Part shown: in pieces, positions 21,693 through 31,093 of the stretch
Numbering within the stretch: position 1 is the stretch's first letter
Layout: every line of letters begins with the position of its first letter
From: Candidatus Enterousia sp.
GTDB taxonomy: Bacteria > Pseudomonadota > Alphaproteobacteria > Rs-D84
Length of the DNA: 64,000 nucleotides
Reading direction: 5' to 3'
Assembly: GCA_045614665.1 (NCBI GenBank)
Contig: JAZLDI010000013.1
Location: forward strand, 6,642 to 70,641
Notes under the pieces: model-generated
What the model was told of the DNA's origin: nothing
Databases searched by the model: none
The model's input: only the letters and a program-made list of their open reading frames with translations
Program-made: the position numbers and the translations under genes

Positions 21693-22290
21693 ATTTTGCT
21701 GCTGCAGATCTTTTGTCGTCTTCTTCGGCTGGCATTTTACCACCGATTGTTGCGAACGCCAATTCTGCTTGGTGTAAACCTAATTCAACACCTGCTGGCA
21801 ATGCCAAATCCGTACCGTGAACCACGTCACCGATTGTCAAATTCGCCAAATCAATTGTAATTTTTTCTGGGATTACATCAACCAACCCACGCAAGGCAAC
21901 CTTACGTACCGCAAAGTTCAATGTACCGCCCAATTTCAAGCCCTTTGATGTTTCAGCATTGATAACCTCAACCGGAACAACCACGTTAACTGGCTTTTTA
22001 ACGTCGATACGTTTAAAGTCTGCGTGAATTGCCATGTCAGACACCGGATGGTATTGAATATCCATCAGCATTGCATCTTCGGTGCCGTTTGGTGTTGCGA
22101 TTTGGAACAATTTTGTCCGCAATCCTGGTGTTTTAATCAACATTTCAAATTCACGACCGTTCAATTCGATTGCAACTGGGGCTTTCTTTTCGCCATAGAT
22201 AACAGCCGGAATGTTTTTGTTATTGCGGATGCTACGTGCGGCCCCCTTGCCAGCAACATTGCGAATTTCTGCATTAATATTAATTGCCAT
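21691..22290 (-). CDS. rplY: 50S ribosomal protein L25 / general stress protein Ctc
   Basis: 'RNVAGKGAARSIRNNKNIPAVIYG', 'IQYHPVSD', 'HADFKRI'. 199-aa long form. Confidence 0.9.
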   Translation of the reverse strand: MAININAEIRNVAGKGAARSIRNNKNIPAVIYGEKKAPVAIELNGREFEMLIKTPGLRTKLFQIATPNGTEDAMLMDIQYHPVSDMAIHADFKRIDVKKPVNVVVPVEVINAETSKGLKLGGTLNFAVRKVALRGLVDVIPEKITIDLANLTIGDVVHGTDLALPAGVELGLHQAELAFATIGGKMPAEEDDKRSAAAK

Positions 22291-22389
22291 TTTTATATCC
22301 TTTTATAGCATTTGTTTAACCTTACCCAGCCTCCAAGGGTGCTGTGCGGCGTGTATTATTACCTAAAAGAACTGAAAAATCAAGTGATT

Positions 22390-22650
22390 TTATTTCCAAG
22401 TGGTTGGTATTGTCTTATAATCAGACAATTTTTGACATTTAAAGAACGCATCACCGACCTGGTCTTGTGTCGCATTTGGCCAGATCTCATACAGATACAG
22501 TCCATTTATTTGAGGTGAATTTCCGTACATTTTATTATTACCATAGAATATTTGGGTAAACATATCTGTTTGTGCGGCCCCTGTTAAATCACCAAAAACA
22601 TCGGTATCAATACCGGTTATTTTTGTGCATTGAATAAAAAATGTATACAT
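22390..22650 (-). pseudogene. Orphan copy of the C-terminal module of the adjacent 557-aa repeat protein (no signal peptide, no clear RBS)
   Basis: The 86-aa ORF aligns by eye with aa ~459-545 of the 22709..24382 product ('TGID..VFG.L.G.AQ..MF', 'YLYEIWP.AT..QVG', 'LSDY..IP..W'). Confidence 0.5.
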
Positions 22651-22708
22651 AAAATCATTTCTTTATCAAAACTGGCAATTGTACACCCGCAAGAATAGGG
22701 CAAACATA

Positions 22709-24382
22709 TCATGCAGGATCGGTCCATAGGCAATTATAGCCACCACCGCCCCATGCGCTTGGGATACAATTATAATCACTAAGTCCATTTGCCCCAGAAT
22801 ACATTTTTCCAACCTGGGTGCTAGTCGCATCGGGCCATATTTCATACAAATACTTACTCCCAATCTTAGCAGAAGGGCCACGCAAAGCGGTTGCACGATT
22901 AAACATTTCTTCAAACATTCCAGCTTGAGCATCTCCGGACAACTCACCAAACACGCCACTATCAATTCCAGTCAGCTGATTACAGTTATAAAACGTTTTA
23001 TTAAACATACGCTGTGCTGGTGCACCACTAAATGTTGCAAACAGTCCCGCTGGCACAGTGCCGGTCAACCCAGAACATCCTGTAAATGTATTATAAAACA
23101 TACTGGCGGCTGGTGTCCCCCCCATGCTTGAAAATAAATTCGCCGGTATTTGCCCCGTTAACCCAGAACACATACTGAACGTGCCTTCAAACATACGCTG
23201 TATTGGCGCCCCAGTTATCCCAGCAAACAAATCAGCAGGGATTTTCCCAGTTAGGTTAGTACACCCATGAAACGTGTTACCAAACATCAATTCTTGAGGA
23301 GCACCATTAAATGTACCGAATAGCTTGTCTGGGATATTACTTGTTATGCCCGAACATTCATAAAAAGTAGCATTATACATACGTTGTGCGGGTGCGCCAT
23401 TTATACCGGCAAACAGTCCATCTGGTATCGCTGTCAGTCCCTTGCACCCAGAAAACGTGCTGTGAAACATATCACGTGCCGGTGTACCATGAATCCCAGA
23501 GAATAAATCGGATGGAATAGGACCACTTAAGCCCGTACATGTTTCGAACGTACGATAAAATATTCCTTCGGTTGGCGCGCCATCCAGTCCTGAAAACAAT
23601 GTCCCTGGAATGCCACCGGTTAATCCAGCAGAACCATAAAAAGTTCCATAAAACATATTTTTTGCGGGTACACCCGTTATACCGCTAAACAATGTACTTG
23701 GAATTCCACCAGATATATTGGGCAAATTTGCAAATGTGTAATAAAATTTTGGATTCGTACCATTTGCCAATGTTGGAAAGACTTGGCCAACAGAACCAAA
23801 TATCATCGAAATGTTTTCATTTCCATCAAAACTAATCGCTGGTGTAGAAGAACCATTACTGTATGCGGTCGCAGTTCCCTTTATGCCAATAGTATAACTG
23901 TTTGCAACATTATACGTATGATCATATGTAACAGTACTGGTATCTGGGTTGGTTATTACTTCTATGTTGCCATCCCCCCAGTTTACAACAAAGCTTCCTT
24001 TTGCCGACATACTAAAACTGAAGTATGTGGTATCCTTGGTCGTTTTTATTTCAAACGGATATGCGTCAACCGGCAATTTAATCAGATTTGCAATCGCCTG
24101 GTTAGCGGCAACGGTATCTGCCACTTGGTTTGTTGCATATGTGCTGTTTCCCCAATCTGTAATCGCGTCCCCATTTAACATAGCATTCGCTACATCAACT
24201 GATGTTAATAAATATTTCATGTTAGCCACAGCCTGCGTATTATTTAGTGCGGAATTATATGGCACAGAAATATTCCATTTTTGCAGTATTAAATCATGAA
24301 TATATTCAACATTAACAGCCTGGGCTGCATACGCAGTCCAGCTAAGAAAAACACTAAACAAAAAACACAATACGCGTTTCAT
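22709..24382 (-). CDS. Secreted repeat protein: N-terminal domain plus 9-10 tandem 31-residue repeats (LRR/BspA-like) plus conserved C-terminal module
   Basis: Signal peptide 'MKRVLCFLFSVFLSWTAYA'. Repeat consensus 'MF..TF..C.GLTG.IP..LF.G..GAP...' with Met spacing 31,31,30,31,31,31,31,30. Confidence 0.75.
   Translation of the reverse strand: MKRVLCFLFSVFLSWTAYAAQAVNVEYIHDLILQKWNISVPYNSALNNTQAVANMKYLLTSVDVANAMLNGDAITDWGNSTYATNQVADTVAANQAIANLIKLPVDAYPFEIKTTKDTTYFSFSMSAKGSFVVNWGDGNIEVITNPDTSTVTYDHTYNVANSYTIGIKGTATAYSNGSSTPAISFDGNENISMIFGSVGQVFPTLANGTNPKFYYTFANLPNISGGIPSTLFSGITGVPAKNMFYGTFYGSAGLTGGIPGTLFSGLDGAPTEGIFYRTFETCTGLSGPIPSDLFSGIHGTPARDMFHSTFSGCKGLTAIPDGLFAGINGAPAQRMYNATFYECSGITSNIPDKLFGTFNGAPQELMFGNTFHGCTNLTGKIPADLFAGITGAPIQRMFEGTFSMCSGLTGQIPANLFSSMGGTPAASMFYNTFTGCSGLTGTVPAGLFATFSGAPAQRMFNKTFYNCNQLTGIDSGVFGELSGDAQAGMFEEMFNRATALRGPSAKIGSKYLYEIWPDATSTQVGKMYSGANGLSDYNCIPSAWGGGGYNCLWTDPA
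22883..23749 (-). repeat. Coding tandem repeat array, period ~93 nt (31 aa), 9-10 units
   Basis: Counted from the translated ORF (aa 212-500). Units are conserved at the protein level but diverged at the DNA level. Confidence 0.75.
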
Positions 24383-24397
24383 TTTATGCCGTTTGGA

Positions 24398-24595
24398 TTA
24401 TGGCATTGGTGGCAATGGCGGCGTTTCTACCGTCATCACCCCACTAACATGGTATGTCCCCTGCATTATTTGATTCGCATTTGCTGTAACATCGACTTTT
24501 GTTTCTGAAACACTTTGAACATATGTGGTCGACGCCAGATCCGCGAACGCGTTTCCATTATACAATATACAAATAATCAGCACTATACGCCTCAT
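24398..24595 (-). CDS. Small secreted protein (65 aa) with Pro-rich C-terminus, directly upstream of the repeat protein
   Basis: The ATG at 24595 is preceded by 'GGGAGGAAT'. Signal peptide 'MRRIVLIICILYNGNAFA'; tail 'ETPPLPPMP'. Confidence 0.5.
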   Translation of the reverse strand: MRRIVLIICILYNGNAFADLASTTYVQSVSETKVDVTANANQIMQGTYHVSGVMTVETPPLPPMP

Positions 24596-24767
24596 ATTCC
24601 TCCCACATGCCCAAAAAAGCATTCCAAAAACAGTCCAGTAACTTGCATACTAGACTGAATACAAAAAATGCCGTTCAAACAATACGTTAACATCCTTTCC
24701 CGGGATATCACTAATATAAGTATAGAAAAATCAGAAAAATGCTACAAGGACAAAATAAGCAAGGATT

Positions 24768-25328
24768 TTACTTTTTTTCTAAAATCAAGAAACGGGCGCG
24801 TCCATACGTTTTGTCGCGCAACATATCCCATTGCGCTTCATCTGCTACAATAAAGTTCACAGATTCTTGTTCCCAGATTAAAATTGTGCCACTTTTTGCG
24901 ACTCCGCCAATTTTTTTTACAAATACTCGCCCCAGTTCTGGATTGTCATATGGTGCATCTACAAAAACAACATCTGCTTCTGCACCAAATTGACCAACTG
25001 CTGCAATTGCATCATTTTGGAATACAGATGCACGCGCACCTACACCTAATTGGCTTAAATTATCACGCACGGTTTTTATTGATGTCGGCGCAACGTCTGT
25101 AAAATAAACCCTTGCATTTGGATATCGTGATATGCATTCCAGGCCAAATGCCCCCGAACCCGCAAAAGCATCCCACACCGTCATTTCAGTGGATTTATTA
25201 ATAATTCCCGATTCCAGCATGTTAAACAGCGCAATTCGTGCACGGTTTTGGGTTGGACGTGCGCCCGGTGGCAGGCGTAATTTGCGCCCCTTGTATTGTC
25301 CTGAAATAATTTGCAATTTTGAATCCAT
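24768..25328 (-). CDS. rsmD: 16S rRNA (guanine966-N2)-methyltransferase RsmD
   Basis: 'QIISGQYKGRKL', 'ARPTQNRARIALFNML', 'DAFAGSGAFGLECISR', 'VFVDAPY'. Confidence 0.85.
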   Translation of the reverse strand: MDSKLQIISGQYKGRKLRLPPGARPTQNRARIALFNMLESGIINKSTEMTVWDAFAGSGAFGLECISRYPNARVYFTDVAPTSIKTVRDNLSQLGVGARASVFQNDAIAAVGQFGAEADVVFVDAPYDNPELGRVFVKKIGGVAKSGTILIWEQESVNFIVADEAQWDMLRDKTYGRARFLILEKK

Positions 25329-25345
25329 ACGCTAAAGTATATCGT

Positions 25346-25792
25346 ATGAAGTTTATGAAACAAGCATTTATTTTGGCCGCCCGTGCCCAATCTCATGACG
25401 ATGTTCCAATCGGTGCCGTGATTGTACATGATGGAAAAGTTATCGCACGTGGTGAAAACCAGGTTCAATTAAAAAAGAACCCGACACTGCATGCGGAAAT
25501 TGTTGCGATAAATCGTGCGTGCAAGAAATTGGGAACGAAATTCCTGGATGATTGCGATATTTATGTGACATTGGAACCGTGTGCAATGTGCGCAACCGCT
25601 ATTTCATTCGCACGAATACGGAATGTTTACTTTGCCGCAACCGATGAAAAGGGTGGGGGGATTACATCAAACGCACGTGTATATGAAAGTGACCGCCACC
25701 TGTGGCGGCCATCCGTGCACCATGTACCCGAATATTCAGATGAATCTGCGCAAATGTTGCGGGATTTTTTTGCATTGCGTCGAAAAAAATAA
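25346..25792 (+). CDS. tadA: tRNA-specific adenosine deaminase TadA
   Basis: CDA zinc motifs 'HAEIVAI' and 'PCAMCATAI'. Start chosen at the internal ATG 25346. Confidence 0.88.
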   Translation: MKFMKQAFILAARAQSHDDVPIGAVIVHDGKVIARGENQVQLKKNPTLHAEIVAINRACKKLGTKFLDDCDIYVTLEPCAMCATAISFARIRNVYFAATDEKGGGITSNARVYESDRHLWRPSVHHVPEYSDESAQMLRDFFALRRKK

Positions 25793-25814
25793 TCCGGCAT
25801 GTGCCGGATTTTTA
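25784..25814. terminator. Bidirectional intrinsic terminator (tadA / gpmI)
   Basis: 'AAAAAAATAATCCGGC-ATGT-GCCGGATTTTTAAA'. Confidence 0.7.
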
Positions 25815-27287
25815 AATCAAAGGTTTTCCCGTCATGTCGTCGGGCTGTTTTATCCCTAATATTTTAAGCATTGTTGGTGCAATATCTGCCAATCCCCCGT
25901 CATGTATTGTGGTTGGTGGATTGTTAGATACTATAATCAAGTTTACTGGATTGGTTGTGTGTGCCGTCCAGGGGTCGTTATTTGTATCGTCCCACATTTG
26001 TTCGGCATTTCCATGGTCGGCCGTAATCAGCATTGTTCCATTTAATGCCAATACCGCCGGCACCAATCGTGCCAATTGCGTATCTAATACCTCCATCGCA
26101 CGCACTGCTGCGTCCATATTACCGGTATGTCCAACCATGTCGCCATTTGCCCAGTTTAAAATTACCACGTCATAATCGCCCAGTACTGGCAATAACGCGT
26201 CTGTGATTTCAATTGCGGACATTTCTGGTTTTAAATCAAATGTTGCAACATCGGGTGACGGAATCAGAATCTTTTTTTCGCCCACATAATCAACATTGTG
26301 TTCCGCATCCATAAAATATGTGACGTGATTGTATTTTTCGGTCTCGGCAATGCGCAGTTGCGACAGTCCGGCCGCCGACAGAACGTCCCCCAATGTATTT
26401 TCAACCGCTATATCGTTAATCAGTGCTGGACATATTTCATTTAGTCCCTCGCCATATTGTGAAAAACATAAAACGCGTACCCCTGTTTTGATAATTTCCC
26501 GCATGATTTGACGCGCACGATCACTGCGATAATTGCCAAAGATAAATCCGTCGTTTTTTGTTATTTTAATATCATTACTTATAACGGTTGGTTTGATAAA
26601 TTCATCGGTTTCACCACGTGCGTATGCGGCATTCAAAGCGTCGATGACTGTATCTGCATGATATTCAGATTTAGCATTTGTGATTGCATCGATTGCACGT
26701 GTTGTGCGGTCTATATTATTATTTCGATCCATTGCATAATATCGTCCCGACAATGTTCCCCAAATCGCACGACCATCGGCAAAATATGGTGCCAGGCTAT
26801 CTTTTATCAGCTGGATATATTTTTCCGCAGACTGTGGTGGTGTATCACGTCCGTCTGCAATAAAGTGAATACAGACACGTAATCCAGAATTTAATACATG
26901 TGTCGCAATTGTCATAATGTCGCGGATGTCGGAATGAACACGTCCGTCGCTCATCAGTCCTGCGATATGCACGATTCCGCCTGTTGCTTTGATGTCAGCA
27001 ATAAATGCGTTCAGTGCTACGTTGTTGTCCCAATCTTCAACCTCAAACCGGCGCAGGAACTGATTTACAACGCGTCCGGCCCCAATTGTTATGTGTCCAA
27101 CCTCTGAATTTCCCATTGTTCCCGCGGGCAGTCCCACTGCCTCACCACTGGCATCCAGTTTGGAATGTGGATATTTTTTTAGCAGATCATCAAAGAACGG
27201 CATTTTTGCCATTGCAACCGCATTATTTGTCTGAGATGGATTTATTCCAACCCCATCCATAATACATAATACCAAAGGTTTGTTCAT
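25812..27287 (-). CDS. gpmI: 2,3-bisphosphoglycerate-independent phosphoglycerate mutase
   Basis: 'LCIMDGVGI', 'GNSEVGHITIGAGR', 'ETEKYNHVTYF', 'NWANGDMVGHTG', 'ITADHGNAE'. Confidence 0.92.
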   Translation of the reverse strand: MNKPLVLCIMDGVGINPSQTNNAVAMAKMPFFDDLLKKYPHSKLDASGEAVGLPAGTMGNSEVGHITIGAGRVVNQFLRRFEVEDWDNNVALNAFIADIKATGGIVHIAGLMSDGRVHSDIRDIMTIATHVLNSGLRVCIHFIADGRDTPPQSAEKYIQLIKDSLAPYFADGRAIWGTLSGRYYAMDRNNNIDRTTRAIDAITNAKSEYHADTVIDALNAAYARGETDEFIKPTVISNDIKITKNDGFIFGNYRSDRARQIMREIIKTGVRVLCFSQYGEGLNEICPALINDIAVENTLGDVLSAAGLSQLRIAETEKYNHVTYFMDAEHNVDYVGEKKILIPSPDVATFDLKPEMSAIEITDALLPVLGDYDVVILNWANGDMVGHTGNMDAAVRAMEVLDTQLARLVPAVLALNGTMLITADHGNAEQMWDDTNNDPWTAHTTNPVNLIIVSNNPPTTIHDGGLADIAPTMLKILGIKQPDDMTGKPLI

Positions 27288-27399
27288 ATCAACTCCGTAT
27301 TTTTGTCGATATTATACACGTTTTTTGATTGCAAAATAACATAAAATTTATACAATTACAGGTTGTATAAGATATTGTTCATATCACAGGAGAAGACAT

Positions 27400-27822
27400 A
27401 TGGCAGGAAAACCATACACCCCAACAGTTATTGACGAACATATTGGTCGTCGTATTCAGTTGCGTCGTAATATGCTGGGGCTGTCCCAGAAAGATTTGGC
27501 CGATGCCTGTGGTGTTACCTTTCAGCAGGTTCAGAAATATGAAACGGCGGGGAATCGCGTTGCGGCATCACGATTGTTTGAAATTGGTATCGCGATGGAA
27601 ACGCCTGTATCTTTTTTCTTTATGGGGTTGCCAGGAAATTTACCAGATGAAACCAAGACCACGCGTTCCCAGCCGGCGATGCGCGTATGTTCCAGCGCGG
27701 CCGATGATCCAATGGGTAAAAACGAAACATTAGAATTGATAAAGTTATACTGGAAATTGGGTGATGATGGCAAACGCGAAGCCGTCTTGAATCTATTAAA
27801 AACAATGAATGGAATCGAATAA
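27400..27822 (+). CDS. XRE-family helix-turn-helix transcriptional regulator
   Basis: 'IGRRIQLRRNMLGLSQKDLADACGVTFQQVQKYETAGNRV' is a canonical HTH_3. Confidence 0.8.
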   Translation: MAGKPYTPTVIDEHIGRRIQLRRNMLGLSQKDLADACGVTFQQVQKYETAGNRVAASRLFEIGIAMETPVSFFFMGLPGNLPDETKTTRSQPAMRVCSSAADDPMGKNETLELIKLYWKLGDDGKREAVLNLLKTMNGIE

Positions 27823-27848
27823 AAAAACCGCCGATTGGCGGGTTTTTA
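27821..27848. terminator. Bidirectional intrinsic terminator (XRE gene / bamD)
   Basis: 'AAAAAAACCGCC-GATT-GGCGGGTTTTT'. Confidence 0.7.
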
Positions 27849-28571
27849 TTTTAATTTTTTTGTCCATTCGTTATCAGGAAAGTTTAATTTTAACATTTCA
27901 CCATACCCATACGCCTGTTCCGGCAGGCCAATTGCAGTATAACATTCGGTCAGACGATACATCGCTTCCGGTGTCATAACGGTTTCTTGGGCACCCGACA
28001 CAACCGATTGCAGGTGTGAAATCGCACTGGGCCAATTTTCGCGTGCCATATCATTGCGTGCGGCGTACATAATTTTGCCCGCGATATAGTTTTTAAGAAT
28101 GTTAATCTTGTTTTCTGCATTTTTTGCATATGGGCTTTTTGGGAAACGTTGTGCCAGATTTTGAAATTCCGCCAGCGCATATACAGACATCCCTGGTTCG
28201 CGACGAACATCACTGACCTGGCGATAATAGCACATTCCACGTAAATACATCATATATGCCACATCACGATGTCCCGGGTGAAAGCGCATATATCGGTCTA
28301 TGGCCAAAATTGCCGCCGCAAAATCACCGTCCATATAGTATGAATATGCACTCATCACTAATGCGTCCGCGGCCCATGGACTGGACGGATATTGGGTTTC
28401 TGCCTTTTGAAATTCCAACGCCGCCATTTCATAATGTGCATCGTTAAATTCGGCGTATGCCGTTTTATAAATAGTATCCAATGGCATCTGTGCGACAATC
28501 TCGCTGTCAGATGCGCCCGCGCACGCCCCCAGAATTCCCGTACATACCAATAACATAAATATTTTTTTCAT
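27846..28571 (-). CDS. bamD: Outer membrane protein assembly factor BamD (TPR lipoprotein)
   Basis: Start at the internal ATG 28571 gives the lipoprotein signal 'MKKIFMLLVCTGILGAC'. TPR-like 'YKTAYAEFNDAHYEMAALEFQK', 'YPSSPWA'. Confidence 0.85.
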   Translation of the reverse strand: MKKIFMLLVCTGILGACAGASDSEIVAQMPLDTIYKTAYAEFNDAHYEMAALEFQKAETQYPSSPWAADALVMSAYSYYMDGDFAAAILAIDRYMRFHPGHRDVAYMMYLRGMCYYRQVSDVRREPGMSVYALAEFQNLAQRFPKSPYAKNAENKINILKNYIAGKIMYAARNDMARENWPSAISHLQSVVSGAQETVMTPEAMYRLTECYTAIGLPEQAYGYGEMLKLNFPDNEWTKKLK

Positions 28572-28624
28572 CACGTATATTCCTGCCTTGATTTTAGTTT
28601 GATGAACGCAGTATAATCCAAACC

Positions 28625-30088
28625 ATGAAACTAGGCAAACATATTTTCGGTGTTGGTGCAATGACCGGCATCAGTCGTATTTTTGGATTTGTTCGCGATA
28701 TGCTTATTGCGCGCGTGTTGGGGGCTGGACGATTGTCTGACATATTTCTGGCGGCGTTCAAGTTACCAAATTTGTTCCGTGATTTACTGGGCGAAGGTGC
28801 GCTGTCTGCGATATTTATTCCAATGTATACTGATTTAAAGAAAGATGATTCTTTTGCCAAGAATGTGTTTTCTTGGTTGATGGTTGTGCTGCTTGGTATA
28901 ACAATTTTATTTGAAATATTTATGCCGGTGGTTATATGGATTTTGGCTCCTGGATTTGATGCGGACCCGGGCAAGATTGATTTAACCATCACAATTGCGC
29001 GCATAATGTTTGTGTATGTGATATTTGTGTGTGGCGCGGCGTTTTTGTCGGCGATTTTGAATGCGTTTTCGCGGTTTTTGTTGGCGGCATTTATGCCGGT
29101 GCTACTAAACATTATGTTAATTGGTGCATTGGTGTGCGCGATTGTATTTGGAACGGAAAATGTGCTGTATCTTATGGCGGGTACGGTTGTTTTGTCTGGG
29201 GTTATTCAGTTTGGGATTTTGTGGTCACGTATACGTCGTCGGCACTTTGGATTGCGCCTGGTGGTACCACGCTGGACCCCGGGGATAAAGAATCTGTTTA
29301 AACGCCTGGGGGTCAGTATTGTTGGTACTGGTTTTTATCAGATAACGATGATAATTGGCACTTTTGTTGCCAGTTTTCAAAGTGGGGCGGTATCGTGGCT
29401 CTATTATTCTGACAGGATTGTGCAATTGCCGTTTGCGATGATTGGTTTGGCGGTTGGGACGGTTTTGATGTCTTCGATATCAAATGCCCTGGCTGATAAA
29501 AATATGCGCAGTGTTTATTTGCAGCAAAATTCGTCGATGCGTCGTTCGCTTATGTTAATATTTCCGTGTGTGGCTGGGTTGATTGTCTTGGCAGAGCCAA
29601 TAATAAGATATTTGTTTGAATATGGTGCCTGGACGTCTGCATCAACAACGGCGGTGGCTAATGCAATAATGATTCAGGTCCTGGTTCTGCCTGCTATGCT
29701 GGTCAGCCAGATTTACAGCAAAACACTTTACGCGTCCCAGGATGTTAAAACCCCGGTAAAAACCAGTATGGTATCATTGGGGGTTGCGGCGGTGCTATAT
29801 TTGGCATTGTTCCCGGTTGTTGGGTATTTGGCAATACCGATTGGTGTTGTGGTCAGTGGTTATTTAAAAAATTATTTGCTGGGGCGGGCGTGTCGTCGAC
29901 GTGGGTTGGTGCATCATGACGGCCGAACCGTGCGCGCGATTATTGCGTTTGGTTTGTGGGCGACGATTGTTGGTATGGGCTTGTGTTTGGTTCCGGTGCA
30001 CAGCATTTGGATGTTGGCATGTGCGATTGGCGGCTATGGAATCGTGTATTTGCCAGTGGCCTATATAATAGACCGCAAATTAAAGTAA
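28625..30088 (+). CDS. murJ: Lipid II flippase MurJ (MviN)
   Basis: 'GISRIFGFVRDMLIARVLGAG', 'AAFKLPNLFRDLLGEGALSAIFIP'. Polytopic membrane protein. Confidence 0.9.
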   Translation: MKLGKHIFGVGAMTGISRIFGFVRDMLIARVLGAGRLSDIFLAAFKLPNLFRDLLGEGALSAIFIPMYTDLKKDDSFAKNVFSWLMVVLLGITILFEIFMPVVIWILAPGFDADPGKIDLTITIARIMFVYVIFVCGAAFLSAILNAFSRFLLAAFMPVLLNIMLIGALVCAIVFGTENVLYLMAGTVVLSGVIQFGILWSRIRRRHFGLRLVVPRWTPGIKNLFKRLGVSIVGTGFYQITMIIGTFVASFQSGAVSWLYYSDRIVQLPFAMIGLAVGTVLMSSISNALADKNMRSVYLQQNSSMRRSLMLIFPCVAGLIVLAEPIIRYLFEYGAWTSASTTAVANAIMIQVLVLPAMLVSQIYSKTLYASQDVKTPVKTSMVSLGVAAVLYLALFPVVGYLAIPIGVVVSGYLKNYLLGRACRRRGLVHHDGRTVRAIIAFGLWATIVGMGLCLVPVHSIWMLACAIGGYGIVYLPVAYIIDRKLK

Positions 30089-30158
30089 AAATAAATTTGA
30101 ATACAGCCTTATTTTGTGATAAAATATAAACATAAAAGAATGTAAGGAGTCACAAAAT

Positions 30159-31064
30159 ATGAAAAAAATAGTTTCCTTGGCGGTATTAACTGCATTGGTG
30201 TCCGCATGTGCGGATTTAAGTACTACGTCTCAGCCTGCGGGTTATGGCGCGGACGGATTTGGTGAAGAGACATTGGTTGCAGCACCGGGCGCGGAACAAT
30301 CATTGAATACGGATGCGTATTTGATGGCGCCGGCACCAAAGTATTACATTGGCACCGCATACAAGGTCGAAGATGTTCAATATATCCCGGTCGAAGATAT
30401 GTCTTATAACCAGACGGGTGTTGCGGGCATTATCCCAACTGAATTAAATGGCACAAAGACCAGTAACGGTGAAACATTTGATGCGGGTCAGTTATTGGCA
30501 ACCAGCAAAACATTGCCATTGCCAACAATTGCACGTGTAACAAATCTGGACAATGGCCAATCTGTTGTTGTTCGTGTGAATAATCGTGGACCATTTGTAA
30601 ATACTCGTATTATGGACTTGTCACCGGCGGCGGCCCAGAAAATTGGTTTGAATGGTCAGGGCAAGATTCAGGTTCAAGTTATGGTTAATGAATCCAATGC
30701 GGTCAAGGCAGCAACCCTGGGCGCCAGCACACTGGCCCAGCCGGCGGTTGTTGCGGCCCCGGTTGTAACCGAAACGGTTGCAGTTGCCACGACCCCGGTT
30801 GAAACACCGGCCCCAGTTGCCACTGGTGATTACAGTGTTCAGGTTGCTGCATTCTATGCCGAAGACAGTGCTACAACATTGGCAAACCGTATGAAAACAT
30901 ATGGTGATGCAGTTGTTATCAACGAAGGTGACATGTACAAGGTTCGTATTATTAACCTGGATGCAACCCAGGCGCGCGGTGTGATTGACGCCCTGCGCAA
31001 TAACGAAGGTATGGCCCCAGGATTATTAAAATCCGGTCGTTGGGTCAACGCCGACAGTATTTAA
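30159..31064 (+). CDS. rlpA: Septal-ring lytic transglycosylase RlpA family lipoprotein (DPBB + SPOR domain)
   Basis: Lipobox 'LVSAC'. DPBB 'ATSKTLPLPTIARVTNLDNGQSVVVRVNNRGPF'. SPOR 'YSVQVAAFYAEDSATTLANRMK'. Confidence 0.85.
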   Translation: MKKIVSLAVLTALVSACADLSTTSQPAGYGADGFGEETLVAAPGAEQSLNTDAYLMAPAPKYYIGTAYKVEDVQYIPVEDMSYNQTGVAGIIPTELNGTKTSNGETFDAGQLLATSKTLPLPTIARVTNLDNGQSVVVRVNNRGPFVNTRIMDLSPAAAQKIGLNGQGKIQVQVMVNESNAVKAATLGASTLAQPAVVAAPVVTETVAVATTPVETPAPVATGDYSVQVAAFYAEDSATTLANRMKTYGDAVVINEGDMYKVRIINLDATQARGVIDALRNNEGMAPGLLKSGRWVNADSI

Positions 31065-31092
31065 AAAAAATCCCCCAAACGGGGGATTTTTG
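31063..31092. terminator. Bidirectional intrinsic terminator
   Basis: 'AAAAAAAATCCCCC-AAAC-GGGGGATTTTT'. Confidence 0.75.
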
Positions 31093-31093
31093 A

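Noticed and set aside
22666-22965. 99-aa ORF spanning the repeat-protein 3' end and the downstream spacer
   Set aside because: It is an out-of-frame overlap with the well-supported 557-aa gene and has no independent signals.
28594-29112. 172-aa ORF antisense to murJ
   Set aside because: It fully overlaps the well-supported murJ 5' region and the bamD-murJ divergent promoter. The translation is low-complexity.
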